A stretch of 62,899 bases of DNA, the filler included, from Diploschistes diacapsis (Eukaryota): assembly GCA_023645945.1 (NCBI GenBank). It is 8 parts of 8 records of this genome, joined end to end, with 100 filler letters (N's around TTAATTAATTAA, not from the genome) between each part and the next. Parts side by side here need not be neighbours in the genome. Positions count along the whole stretch, not along the records: positions 1 to 27,412 come from JALAIB010000162.1; 7 more parts are not named here. The stretch is one strand, 5' to 3'. How positions within the stretch are numbered: position 1 is the stretch's first letter; each line of letters opens with the position of its first letter. Below are positions 10,658-23,249 of the stretch, piece by piece. The position numbers and the translations under genes are program-made. The notes under the pieces are model-generated. The model was not told the DNA's origin, ran no database searches, and saw only the letters and a list, made by a program, of their open reading frames with translations.

Positions 10658-11778
10658 ATGAGCCAGATGGCTAATTCGAAGCACACCCAGGCCCGATGCT
10701 GCCATTTGGTTCGGCTCGACATGGAAAGAGGCCACAATGCATTGCTCATCGAGGGTATAGCAGAGTCTCCCCGGAAAACAGCATGGAGGCTTTCAAACTT
10801 GCCATCGAAGCTGGAGCTGATGCTATCGAGACAGATGTTCACTTGACTAAAGACCAGCAAGTTGTGCTCTCTCATGTAAGTGAACAGCATCGAGCACTTT
10901 CGGCCAATTGATCGTTGCCTGAAATTGCTCTAGGATGGTTCCTTGAAGCGTTGTTACGGAGTGAATGCCCGTATTTCGGACTGTAAATGGAGTGAAATCA
11001 GCACCATGAGAACTATTCGATCGCCACATCTGCCAATGCCTCGTCTGCGGGAGCTGCTACTTTATCTGTCCCAACCTGTGCTCGAGCACGTCTGAATACT
11101 TCTGGATCTGAAGGCATGAGCTTCAGAGCTCGGGATCCAGCCATGTAACCCATTCGTGTGAGCTGATTACGTCTAGTTAGATGACGACCCAGAAACCTTG
11201 CTGGCTTTGGTTTCGAAGAGGATAAACAGCAGCAGTGATCTGTCGGTTCCGTGGAAAAAACGCATACTACTAGGTTGCTGGGCGGTAGCAGACGCCTCGA
11301 TCATTGTCAAGTAAGATAGAATAACCAAGTATAGGAGAAGTATATACGACTGTGTGCTCTCTTCTTGCCTGGCCTCCCAGTCACTTTATCTGGCATACTC
11401 GACAACCCACACCTCTTCGGTCTTTCGATATCCCAACGTCTCTTGCACCGCAGTCCAAAAGACTCTCTATTTCTGGCCGCCAGGCCCCATGTTTGTAGGT
11501 AGGATGCGGAATGCGGGCCAACCGCTCATGTCTTGGATGGCGAGCAGCAAGAACGCAATGCAGTGGTGCATTGAAGAGGGCCTCGATGAGTTGTCACAGA
11601 CGATATAGAAGGGTTTCTCGAGTTATGTAAAAGCCCGATCAGAGCTAGAGCGGTGGCAGCAGACTGGATGTCCTGGTTTATCGCCGCAGGAGTCTACCTG
11701 CTAGCACTAGTCTTTGGGCTATACTTTGAACGTCGTCATGGTAGTCGCTCGGGTAGTAGAGCCAGAGAACGTCTTTAA
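10658..11778 (+). pseudogene. Glycerophosphodiester phosphodiesterase (PGC1/phosphatidylglycerol phospholipase C-like) pseudogene
   Basis: PQCIAHRGY..PENSMEAFKLAIEAGADAIETDVHLTKDQQVVLSH/DGSLKRCYG..MPRLRELL, with a hydrophobic C-terminal tail. TGA in place of the expected Trp at 11093-11095. Start approximate. Confidence 0.8.
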
Positions 11779-12087
11779 GATCTGGCGTCCAGCAATCTTG
11801 CAAGAGATCTCAACCAATAGTGCGTCCGTTCTCTCAGTGGAAGCAAGACTTGCAGAACGTTGTGGCATTTGGAGCATGATCTTTGACCCTACTCTTTGCG
11901 GCATGGAGGCGACAAAGCCATGCCACAGTAGAATCCTGCCGTCTTCATCTATCAGTGCAAGGCTGCTTCTTGTTTCCAAACTCCCATCAAAAACTCCACA
12001 CGACTCCGCGTAGTTGGCTCTGCTGATCTGGACCAGACACTACGATTTCTCTGGCACCGTCAGTGCCAAATAACTCTACTGGCTGCC

Positions 12088-13564
12088 ATGGAGCTGGAAG
12101 AGAGCTGGAGCTGGAAGAGAGCTGGAGCTGGCTCAAGCGAGCGAGCGTGGCATTCTCGCTGCTTATAGCGGTAGCTTCGAGCGAGCCTCTGAATCTTTAT
12201 TGCACTGGTTTTATACAGTATCCGCTCTGTGAAGCCTTATACCACGCTTCCTTCGACAATCTCTCCCATGTACCTGGTCCCCGCATATGGGCGTCTTCCT
12301 GTCTGCCATACATCTCTTCATTACTCCGTGGGAGGATTGTGCAGGACGTTGAGAAACTTCGCCACAGATACGGCCCTGCAGTGCGCATATCACCTAACGA
12401 GGTGTCTTTCGCTTCTCTCGAATCCTGGGTGGACATTCTGACCTTTCGGTCGGGCCATGCTCAGTTCATCAAGGATCCGATGTGGTGGGGCCAACAGCCA
12501 GGTCGGCCGGAGTCGCTCCTCAGTACGCCCAGCATTGAAAGCCACGCTCGAATGCGGAAGACGCTCAGCCCTGGTTTTACAGAATCGGCACTTAGATCCC
12601 AAGAACCCATTCTGCAAAGCAAGTCGCACTGCTGATCTCCAAACTCCACGACCAGATTGGAGGATTTGGAGCCACTAGGAAGGCTTTGGTCTTGGATATT
12701 GTGCCTTGGTTCAACTATACAACCTTCGATATTTTCGGCGACCTCGCCTTTGGGGAGTCTTTCGAGTGTCTACAGAATTCAAAGCTTCATCCATGGATCG
12801 AAACTCTCTTCTTCAGTGTCAAAGCCGCGACATTCGTCATATCGGCACGCTTTTACCCCCTCGTTGAGTTTCTGCTAATGAAATGTATCCCGGAGTCCAT
12901 CATGGAGAAACAGAAAGATCAATATCGGTATATCTCTGATAGAGTCCAGTCTCGTTTTAACTGGGAAGTCGAGCGGCCAGATCTGATGGAACATGTAATC
13001 AAGAACAACGACAAGGGTGGTATGACGATACCAGAGATCCAGAGCACTTTCGCCTTCCTCGCGAATGCCGGTAGCGAGACTACAGCCACTACGCTTAGCG
13101 GAACTATCAAGTACCTCATTTCATGTCCAAACAAGCTCAAGGTGCTGGAGCAAGAGCTGCGACAGGCATTTTCCACTGAAGATGCCATTACATTGATCGA
13201 GGTGGAGAAACTGCCTCATGTGAATGCCGTTATAAATGTAGCTCTCCGACTTTGTCCACCGGTCCCAACTATCCTTCCCAGACTCGTACCCCAGGGCGGG
13301 GACCAAGTGTCAGCCATCTGGCTTCCTGGCAGCGTACGTGTGCTTCATATTTTGTCCAATTTCCGTAGAAAGCCTTGCTACTAGATTGACTTCCAAAAGA
13401 GTTGCGTCTTAAGAGTATTAGCCCGCCTGATCTGGACTTTCGATATCAGTCGCGGAGTAGAGAGCGAGCATGACCTTCTCCGTTGGGACAAGCTGAAGTG
13501 TTTCCTGCTCTGGGAGAAGGAGCCAGTATTGATCAAGCTGGCGCCAAAGGGCTCTGTCAATTAG
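12088..13564 (+). pseudogene. Cytochrome P450 (TRI11/CYP65-like) pseudogene
   Basis: VPGPRIWA, YGPAVRISPNEVSF, TTFDIFGDLAFGESFECL and AGSETTAT are present. 17-bp tandem duplication after the ATG, frameshift near 12618, and the PERF/heme-Cys segment is absent after ~13335. Confidence 0.85.
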
Positions 13565-13939
13565 AACCATACGTGTTGCATGGGTTCTGGTATGCAGATG
13601 TTGAGACCATTATATTCTTAGGGCGATCAGGCCTCTGGGTAGATTAAGGACAGGCAAGTTTGGATAATGGATACTAGAACGCGGCGCGGATCTATAAACT
13701 AACGGGGGCTTCCCCGTTCTATCTATTGTTAGCACGGACGAGGGGTTGACGCCAAATGCGAGCGCATGTGCTAAGATATAAGATCCAGTGCTCCAGGATG
13801 ATGCATATCACATCTGAATACAATGGCTGGGATACTGGGGCTGTGATCCCGATGACTAAGGCTATGAACAATGTAACCAGGTAAAAGCTCTTTGTTTAGA
13901 TACTGCGATATATCACGAGAGCAACAAAAATCTTTTGAT

Positions 13940-14400
13940 AGTAGCTTGCACATCCTAACCACCTAACCCTTAACAAGATAGGAAAACCCATCATGTTTAT
14001 AGAAATTCGGCAAAGCGCATACCGAAAATTCGCTGATATGGCAGAAACGGAGCTTCCGCAAAAAGAGCATTTATTCCTGACGAGCCACGGCCCGTAAAGG
14101 CCCTCCTCCTTCGTCCGGAACTCCTCTTTTGCAGCCCCTAGCTGGCCTTCCAATACGGCTGCTACTTCATTTATATCTCTCAATGGCGCCGGGAATAGGT
14201 TCTTTGTGGTACTTTCTTAAAATACGCGGCTTGGGCGTAGTAGGGCCCAGTAGCCGGGAGATCTGATAGAAAAGCCGCTGCTTCGCCTGATCGGCCTCCT
14301 TTGTTCCCGGCGGCGAGGCTCCGCTTGTGGTCTGTGTCGTAGCGCTCGATCAGATAACTCGATGATGGCGCCGGTCTCCGTCGGCGTGATGTCTGTTCCT
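13940..14400 (-). pseudogene. Glutathione S-transferase (Ure2-like) remnant
   Basis: Frameshifted fragments ETGAII/YLIERYDTDHK../AKQRLFYQIS/GPYYAQAAYFKK/PIPGAIERY/EVAAVLEGQL/PWLVRNKCSF. Confidence 0.65.
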
Positions 14401-15537
14401 TTATAAAAAAAGTTGATTTTACCGAAACAGAAACAGGGAAGGATGAACGAGATAATACAATATTATATAGAATCCAGAGGTCGTTGCGAGCCAGACTTGC
14501 TCTCTTTGCCTTCCTCTCACATACTGCCCTTTTTAATTGGAAGACAAAGTCTGTGGCGTTTTGTTATTTGCTGTAGAGTGAGAGAATAAATCCCTCGCAG
14601 GAGTTTCCGCCCGTGAAATGTTTAGTGGCACCAGGACGACACTCTACTCGTGACCAAGATTCACGAAAGAGCTCCTCCCAGCACTCAAGGTACCCATTGC
14701 CCACCAAGCTCTCACTGCCTAGAATTTCAAAACACCGCCATATCTGCACCAACCTCGATTGCAAACCAATTCCGAATTTCGACCGCCACCAGACTATCAA
14801 TGCCATATCGATGCATCGGCTTGGACCAGTCTATGTCCTCCAATGGAACAAGACACTGCGCGAGCCAATTTCGATGCCAATCGAGTGGTCACCCACTGTG
14901 GCCGCCTCGGAGAAGTGAAGTATCTTAATACAATAGCACAGAATTCGGATTTTCAACATCTTGTTACAGTAGGCCGAACAGGGAAGAATGAAAAAGAGAT
15001 GGCCTGAGTCTGGTATATCTGCAGGGGCAAGCGTGATGAAGTTTGCCCTTGGCCAAACGCTGCAGTCCTTCCACGTCGGCATGCGAACTTGAAACAGGAA
15101 TCGGGAATACCGCCGGGAAGAGGAAGAGCGTTGTTTGCACAGGGCGGGGTACGGACACAGGCAAATTGCCTGCAAGCAACGCAAAATGATGATAATCCTT
15201 TCGAAAATGATGAAAACTAGCTTAAAGCAACATGGTACCAAGATGGTCATCCTGTTTTGTAAAACTACCTACCGTTGTGTGATGCCTATTATTGACACGT
15301 CCAAAAACCTAATGCTACGACAGAGGTGTGCCGAAAATTCCCAACCGGCCACTACAATTAAGTGAAGTATTCGAGAAAGATATCACGCTGGTCGAGATAG
15401 GGTAAAAGATCATGATATAGCTATAGAGTTTTGAAAACAAGCTTAAAGTTTTATAGTCAGGCAACTGGTCTATATATATGTTCTAAAAGCGATGCAACTA
15501 CCTGCGTAAATTGAAACGTTCACTCGGACTCGGAAAA

Positions 15538-18500
15538 TCAGTCGTCCCACTCATCCATCTTGTACTGGCTGCGGCCTACAGCTGTCTCGCTGACAGCGAC
15601 GATACTCTTTGCGTTCATGATGTCGAAAATGGCCAGATCGGCTTTCATTTCCTTAGCGAACCAGTTGCGCAGCTCGATGGCCAAGAGCGAGTCGACACCA
15701 TAAACGGGCAGGGTCTTGCTAGTATCGATATCTGTTACGGGCATCGAGAGCGCACGGCCCAGTTTCGACGCTAGGGCGTCCGACACAAGAGCTGCGGCCT
15801 CGGCTAGTGAAGTGATGGCGGCAAACTGGGCTGCATAGTTGACCGTGCTTGAGTCTGCCGACGTCGTCGAAGCGTCTTTCTGGTCGCCACTGTGGTGCAA
15901 GGCGCGGTAGAACGGCAAGTGCATAAAATCCGGCACTTCAGCACCACAACTTCTCGTGATTTTTGGAGTGGCAAGACCAACGACCACTTGACAGCTTTGG
16001 TCTGTCAAAAAAGGCTTGGAGCTGCAGTATCTGTCCAGTGAGGCGAGTATCTGGGCTTCGCTGACTGGCGTCAAGTAACCCAAGTTGAATAACCCATCCT
16101 GGAAGTGCCCGGTCTTCTGCCATCACGCCAACGTTCGAAACAGCGCCCAAGTCTATTGACGTGGCTTTCTCACCAAGCGACACGCGATAATGAGCCAGAG
16201 CATCTTCGAATGTATTACCGGCGGCGTAGTTCGACTGGCCTATGTTTCCTATGATCCCTGAAATCGAGGAGAGCATAATGAAAAAGTCCATTGCTGGAGG
16301 AAGAGTGGCATGCAGGTTCCAGGAGCCTTGTATCTTAGGTTGAACGCATACTTTCCACTGTCTGAACGTCATGTTGTCAAAGAGCGAATCCTATCCAGAA
16401 GCATTAGCAAATCCTAATCTTATCTGAAACGTTTTTAGCGCTATATAATAGGGAAAGGGCAAGCATATGAGTTCGTCATGACTCTGATGCTTCTCTGACC
16501 ATTCCAATCGGGCCAAAATTCAAATGAAGAATCGAAGTGACACTAACCTGGAGCTGCATAGCCGCCTGAATGCAACCCTTGACAGCTGGCATACCACTTT
16601 TCGGGCATATCTCAAGCGCAGCACGCAATACTTCCGGATCCGTAATATCGCATTGTGGTGTCTCTACCCGAACGCCTTGTGAGGCTAAGCTTTCAACAAG
16701 TGCCTTAGCAGCACTGGTCTTTTGGCCTGACCGGGATAACAGGATAAGGCACTTCGCTCCCCGATCAGCCATTTATTGGGCAATATTTCGACCGATGCCG
16801 CCTAGTCCGCCTGCAATCATGTATGAGGCTTCTGTACAAAGATTACATTCTGGTCTGACGTCGAGAATCGTCTGTAGAAAGCCGGTCAGTAATATTAACA
16901 AATATGTTTCCTTTGGGTCCTCACCTGAACTTCTGCTCCTTGCTCTATGCCTATGACTATCTTGCATACATGTTTCCCAGCTTGCATCAACCTCAAGGCT
17001 TCTTCAACCTAAGAGATTGGATAAACTGAAAGAGGAAAGGGGATATTCATTCGCTTCAAGCAAGCAACAAGGTCCACGACAGCTAACAGAGAGTCATGCC
17101 AGGCTTGTGGGCCTTCGTCATACATATGGTTCAGATCAACGCCGATGAAGCTGAACGGAAACATCGGTAGCTTAGCATGAGCATGGATATCGCTTTTCCC
17201 GATCTCGACAAATCGGCCAAAAGAAGCAATACAGTCCCAGGTCGCCTCCAGAAGCTCGCCTGCCAGTGGATTAAGAACGACGTGTACTCCATGATTGCAC
17301 GTCGTACGCATGACTCCCTGGGGCGAAGCTTGGGTCTCTACCATAGAACACGTGGTCCTACGGGATTCCGTACTCGTCTATGGGTAAGTCCCTTTTCTGA
17401 TCAGAACCCACAGTTGCATACACTTCCGCACCAATGTATTGAGCAAGCTGAATAGCAAATTGCCCTGTTCCACCAGCGGCAGCGTGTATTAAAACCGATT
17501 CTTCCTTTCGCAAACGTGCTGCCTCGATTAACGAATAATATGCTGTGACCCGAGCGACAGGGATGGAAGCGGCGTCTCCGAAAGATAGGTCGTCAGGCAT
17601 CTTGTCATAAACGTGCTTGGGCTGCGAGCGAAAGTCCGATAGCAGTCATGAATGGCAGCACAAACACGATCTCCAGGCTTGAAACCGGATTCAACCCCAG
17701 TTTTGCTAACAATTCCCGAGCATTCGCCACCAATCGTCTTTTTGTTAACACGACCTAGCGAGATTAGGCCGTCCATGAAGTTCACCCCAATCGCCTTTAC
17801 TTCGATCTCGACTTCTGATGGCCCTATTGTCATATCAGGTAGGGTGTCCTCGATGAATCTGATAGAGTCCAGTAATCCTGGGCTCACCACAGCCATCTTT
17901 AGAGGTGGACATAGCCCAAAAGCTTGAGTCCAGTTGGGCAACCATCTTTGCATGCATATCTCTATCAATCGTAAGCGCCTGAATCAGCCTGTTAATATGC
18001 AGAAGGCCGGCCTTTTCCACATAATCTACCTCCGCATCTGTCGAACTTCCATTGATAGACATCTGCAAAGCGTTTGCAATCGGTTTGAGATACTCCCACA
18101 TCGATCGTCGAGACTCAACTGCTAGGGTGGTAATCTTAAGGTTGCTGTTCTCTCTTTGGATGACGCGAGCGAGTCCAGTGATAACTCCAAATCCGGGCGA
18201 AGCTGTTAGTCCACCTCCACCGGTTACCCAAAGTAGTTTCTGGACAGACGAGACCAAGGAGTGAATGCTTGTGAAGAGAGCAGCGTCTAATTCCGTTAGA
18301 ATGGGCCTTCAAGTTCGATGAGCGACACGACAGTGTGGTCAAAACGCTGCTTGTCAGACCTGATAAGGCTCTGTAGATGAATGATTTGGCAGCTCGTATC
18401 TGACTCCACGAGGTTGTTTTGAAATTGCTCAGCAATCTCTGCTTGAAGCCGTGACGACTCATCAATAACAAAGCACAAAGGATGAGGCGAACTATCCTTA

Positions 18501-20500
18501 GTGATTGATGAAGACTTGGAAGAGACGATCAGCCCCATATAATGAAGAGCATCGTCTTGGTAGTCTCTAATCCGAAGCTCTCTTCCTGAAACTCATTCTG
18601 CAAAAGAAGCGTCCCGCCATTGGTCACTTGGAAGATAAGAGCTTGGGTGACAGGGCCAATGCATGGTTTTCATTCCACCAACTTGGCAGCAAACCGAACA
18701 TAAAGGCCGCTTTCTAGTCATTAGGACAAAAAGCCTCGAACAAGATGAGCTTTCTTTTATGCAGGAGTAATCCGCCCATTTCCTTCAAGGGTTTATTTCA
18801 CTCACTTGCGATTGGTAGGGGTGAGCTGGATATGATGGATGGGAAAGCAGCTGCAATCTCGCCGGAAGACTGGCCGATAACTGCGCGGCAGGCGCCAAAC
18901 CCCCCAAGACTTTGCATAAATCTACTAGAGCTAGCTGCATAGCCGTGCATAGAGGCTGACTAAGGGCTGGATCATCTATGCGGGAGTCTTCAAATGATTC
19001 GAATAGTTGGGCTTGAAGGGACCAGCCAGAGCGAAGCTCCCGTAGATAGATTTCTGCTCTGTAGAGACACTGCTTGAAGACGTCGTAAAGGTGGAGATCT
19101 TGCCCCATTTCTGCGTATTGAAGCCGCTTGACCACAGAACACAAAGGCTAGCGCATATCTTTTGGATGTTCGCACTGGCTTGGAAAAAGAAATGCCATCT
19201 CTCGATTGCGCGACAGAGTTCGCAACGGGATATGATTTCTAACGGAGCAGGGTCGAAGGAATGCCAAAGTATTGGCGAGGTGTATCAAGTAGCTTTCTTC
19301 ATATTGCCAGCTCTCGAAGCTACCCACGCCCTCGGCAAAAGGATCTTTGTGCATATATTCATGCATTATAAAGTCTTTCTCATCCGCTGTAGACCAAAGG
19401 AGAAGCTTAGGTCGGGTTGTATTCTCGTTACTTTATCGACGAAATCCATTTCGGCTTGGTTTCGATGATCGTTCAAGGCCCCGAAGCCAAAAGAATTTAC
19501 GGAAGCTCGACGCAGGCCGGGTTGAGGTCAAGGAACATGTTTCTCTGGGAATCGAAGAGCTCATGGGTCGGCATCAATCTCAGGGTTCAATTGCTCCAAG
19601 TTTGTGTTTGGTGAGATGATGCCTTTCTCCCACATGAATAATGTTTGGTAACTGCAGCTATACAGCTACATCCATCAAGATGACCAACATTAGCTTTGAC
19701 TGCTCCCACGTAAAGAGAATCATCAACAGTTAAGTCCCTAACAGCTGCACCAGTTTCATGAGATTGTCCTTCGGTATCCCAGGGTAAATAAATTAACATC
19801 CTCGTTCCACAAATGAGCTTGGATCCTCACCTTCGAAAACCTCATATCGAGACCGGATTTTTCGTACGTTGCTTTAATCAGCTCAGTTTGTGCTGGAGTA
19901 CTCGGCTGAGTAGTGCCTGGTGTACGGCCGTCTTGATTATAGCCCATTGAACGAATAACTCCCCAATAACGTCTGCATCAGCAATTCCATCCCCCGGCCT
20001 TTTCAGAACGACTATACCAAAACCCTCTCTCTTCGAGCGTAGCCATTTGCACGATGGTCGAAGCTATAGCACTTACGATCGGGCGAAAAGAAATTCATGT
20101 TTGATATTGATAACATTTTCTCAAGCCCGTAAACAATGTTAGAGCCAGCGACTAAGGCTTATCATTTTCTTAGCCATACTCGTGGGTAGTTTACAAAGGT
20201 TTCATTTACCATACTGGATTCTCTGTTGCGTGACCCTTGTACAGCAATAACTAGGGCAACCAAACTGCTAGAACAAGCAGTGTCGATATGTAGACTAGAA
20301 CATTTGGGGTTGAAAACCCAACTTGGACGAATTCATTGATACCGCAGGCCATCCACTCACCATGCATCGCCGCACTAGCAACATCTTCCAAAAGAAGCTG
20401 CGTAAGTTGCTTCCCTGGGGAACCTGAAGGAAAAACCAATGATAGCAACGGCCTCTTGTCAGCTCAAACTCTGGTGCATGACTAACAGATTTTAGCATGA
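15538..20500 (-). pseudogene. Highly reducing iterative type I PKS relic (KS-AT-[DH/MT mostly deleted]-ER-KR-ACP)
   Basis: KS: AVAIIGFSFRFP (~20450), IDTACSSS (~20266-20289), DHRANGYARREG, VKANVGHLDG, VNSFGFG. AT: SQPLCTAMQLAL, AVIGQSSGEIAAA (~18850-18885). ER: LIHAAAGGTGQFAIQLA. KR: IAGGLGGIG, GQSNYAAGN. ACP: GVDSL. Many stops and frameshifts. Confidence 0.9.
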
Positions 20501-20579
20501 AGCCTTTGTTTGAGTCTCGCACGTTATCAGGAGCTGTGGACGGATTTTAGATAAAACAGGATTAAGACGAGCTGCACCG

Positions 20580-21420
20580 CAAGCTAGCGTCTGATAGATT
20601 TCGTTACAAGAAGTCTTAATTACTCAGAAATATACTAGTGTGGTAGATGATAGATTCAATGGTACTATTATGTCCGTCTCTCTTGGAAATTCGAAGTACC
20701 ATCCTGTTTCTTAAGTAGTGAAGGCGGAAGGGCGTATTTTAACAATTACGGGTTCGTATCTCCTGTTACTTATCAAGAAGACATTGTTCGCGTCTGTAAA
20801 AAGCCGTTTCATACAATTACAAGATTCAATAGATCTTTCACTGTTTATTTATGTATGACTCAACCCATTAAATGTTAAGGATATTGTAAACGAACAAAAC
20901 AAAATATCGTCGGCGACTCGATTTTTATTTAGAACCTAATGAGGCCCTAAGGAAGCTTCGTAGGGGGGTCGAAAAGGTGCTAGGGAATGCGCATCCTGGG
21001 GTTGTCGTAGATCGAGGTGGCGGCGGCGGTAGCGGCGTGGGGAGTGCTGAAGGTGTGAAGGTGCTGGAGGTGCTGGCGTTGGTGGCGTTGGCGCTGGGTA
21101 GTAGGTGCGACGGCGGCGGGCGTGCTGGAGATGCTGGCGTAGCTGGTTTAGGCCTGGGTTACAATCGAAAGGTCTAAATGCGTGCTTTAAAGGCGCTCCA
21201 AGTGTTTGAAACCATGCTGCAGCGATGATACTTCCGGAGTGCTAAAATAAGTTACGCTAACTAGCGTAAATGATGTAAATGGTACTATATAAGCGAAGGT
21301 CACCTTCAACCGGCAGATAAGTAAAAAGCGCTAACCTAAAAGGGTTTAATACAAAGCCCTGGCGTAGCCGAGACGCGCTAGTTGGAGTTAAATAACTACT
21401 TAGTGGGTTTTTCCGTGCCC
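20580..21420. mobile_element. Possible degenerate transposon remnant
   Basis: TpA-rich, stop-riddled sequence around a Pro/Ala-rich low-complexity tract (20977-21180). No family-diagnostic termini recognised. Confidence 0.25.
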
Positions 21421-21998
21421 CTTTAAGGCAAGACCGTTCTCACATGCCTTCAGAAAATGCGCTGTGCTTGCCCCCCCCCCCCACCTTCTACGCGCCGCAA
21501 AATAAATGGGGAGTTACGGCAGACAGTCAGTCCCAAACTGCATTCCGCCAATAAAATGCCACCGAAGTTTTTGCTGCCTTTGGAGTCACTCGAGCAAGCA
21601 CACGGAGTCTGCGAATAAAAATTTTGGATTTTGGACTAGTGTATTTTATGACGGAAAGGATCCGATGCCGGTGAGTAAACTCAGCCCTGGCTTGTAATAG
21701 GAGGAAACCGTCCAGTCATCCGCACCTCTGGGAAGAAATTGGCAAACGAGCTTAGGGACTCGGTCCCAATTTGTGTCTCTAGCGCTACATCCATGAATCT
21801 CAAATTCTAAGTCCCAGTATCATTCCCTGGATAACATACAACACAAGCGGAATTCAGATAGCTAAGCAGCCCAAGGGTTGCTGATACACAGAACATCCGA
21901 CCCTCATCATCGCACACTACCTGGACTTGGGGATAAGGACCTTACATTTGTACGGATATAGCCCCTTCCCAATATAATATGGCTGCAAGATATGCATT

Positions 21999-23249
21999 CT
22001 ATGTCGATAACATAATCGGTCCACCGCTTGTCTTGCTTGCTATCTGAGCTCCCATAAGCGTATTGTACTGTTTGGCTTTATGCTGACGAAGATCAAAGCT
22101 CTCTTTCCACTGGCTTGCGCCTATTCTCGCCTGATCATGACTGTTTCGGGCGGACCAACTTGGGAAGAAGGGGCGTATGGAGAAGTTCGGCCTTGAAAAG
22201 GTTGAAAGTTTCTGCGAGACAGTGCGAAAAAATCGGGGCGATGAGGGCAAACAGCTGCACGTTATTGGAACAGAGAGCTCTGCATAAGTCCAGAAACCCA
22301 TGGTAGCTTCGTTGTACGTCACATCTCCTGCCTCCATAAGTATAATAGAGTAATAAAGGCGAAGAACCGATGTGACACAAACGCTTCAAGGTAATTAGTT
22401 ATATAACGGAACCTTATAGAGTACTCACAACAAGCCTGTTAGAAAGATCAGAGAGACTTGTAGTCGTCGTTTGAAGGGCATTTGCAGGTTCCAGATGACT
22501 CTTTGTGGGAGCAGAAGGATAATGAAATCAGAAGCCACATTGAATGCTGATGATGTAATATTTCCTGTAAATGTGTTCAAGCAGGTGCCCGATGTCATGA
22601 GTACATTCCAAAACTTTTCACGCGGGTTGCATAGGAATATTTCAACCAAAGTGATGCCCACATAGAAGAGGAAGTTCAAGCTAATCAGTGTCCAGACCGA
22701 CCAAAAGAATAATCCTCGCTTTGAGCGTGTTGACAATATATGTAGATACTGCAGCAGAATTGAGATCTTGATGACCAGAAATGCAAGCCCGTAAATTATG
22801 GACGCTATGTTTGTGTACTATACTCAATGTTAGCCTGAGTAAGAAGATAGAGTCTGGATTATAGCTACATAAAGAAAGTTCATAAAGCTTTTCAATTGGA
22901 CATTCCACTGATGGATACCGCCACCGTTATACATTAGCAAGCTCGTAGGAACTGTGTAGCCAATCCACATCCCAAAGCCTAAGACAGCAAGATCTAAAGT
23001 AAGCGTTAACGGTATACAAGGAAAGGATTCTTTATGTTCACAGTCGTCGCTTGCCAATTTACGGATCAAGAACGCCTTTGTGTAGATACGCATGGCAATG
23101 GCTAGTGTAGATATCGGAACACACAGCGTAATCGTCACTATATACCAGTCGAACAAGGTGGGCGGGTCAACCAGGTTTGAGTTTTGATCGGGCGGAGGAG
23201 CTGCCGCTGGTCCATCAAGCAGCTGCTGAATTTCCACGGGAGTTTGCAT
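21999..23249 (-). CDS. PTH11-like/fungal rhodopsin-domain integral membrane protein (SAT4-type), intact, 4 exons
   Basis: GPAAAPPP..SNLVDPP, MRIYTK, DDY, GIHQWNV, IKISILLQY, SDFIILLLPQRVIWNLQM, WTYAELSVPITCSCLP. Three GT-AG introns splice in frame. Confidence 0.85.

Noticed and set aside
14564..15365. Overlapping short ORFs between GST and PKS as another cluster gene
   Set aside because: No recognisable motif in the frames read. It could be a further relic but cannot be supported.
20977..21177. Gly/Val/Ala-rich 66-aa ORF
   Set aside because: Low-complexity tract within degenerate sequence, with no ATG start.
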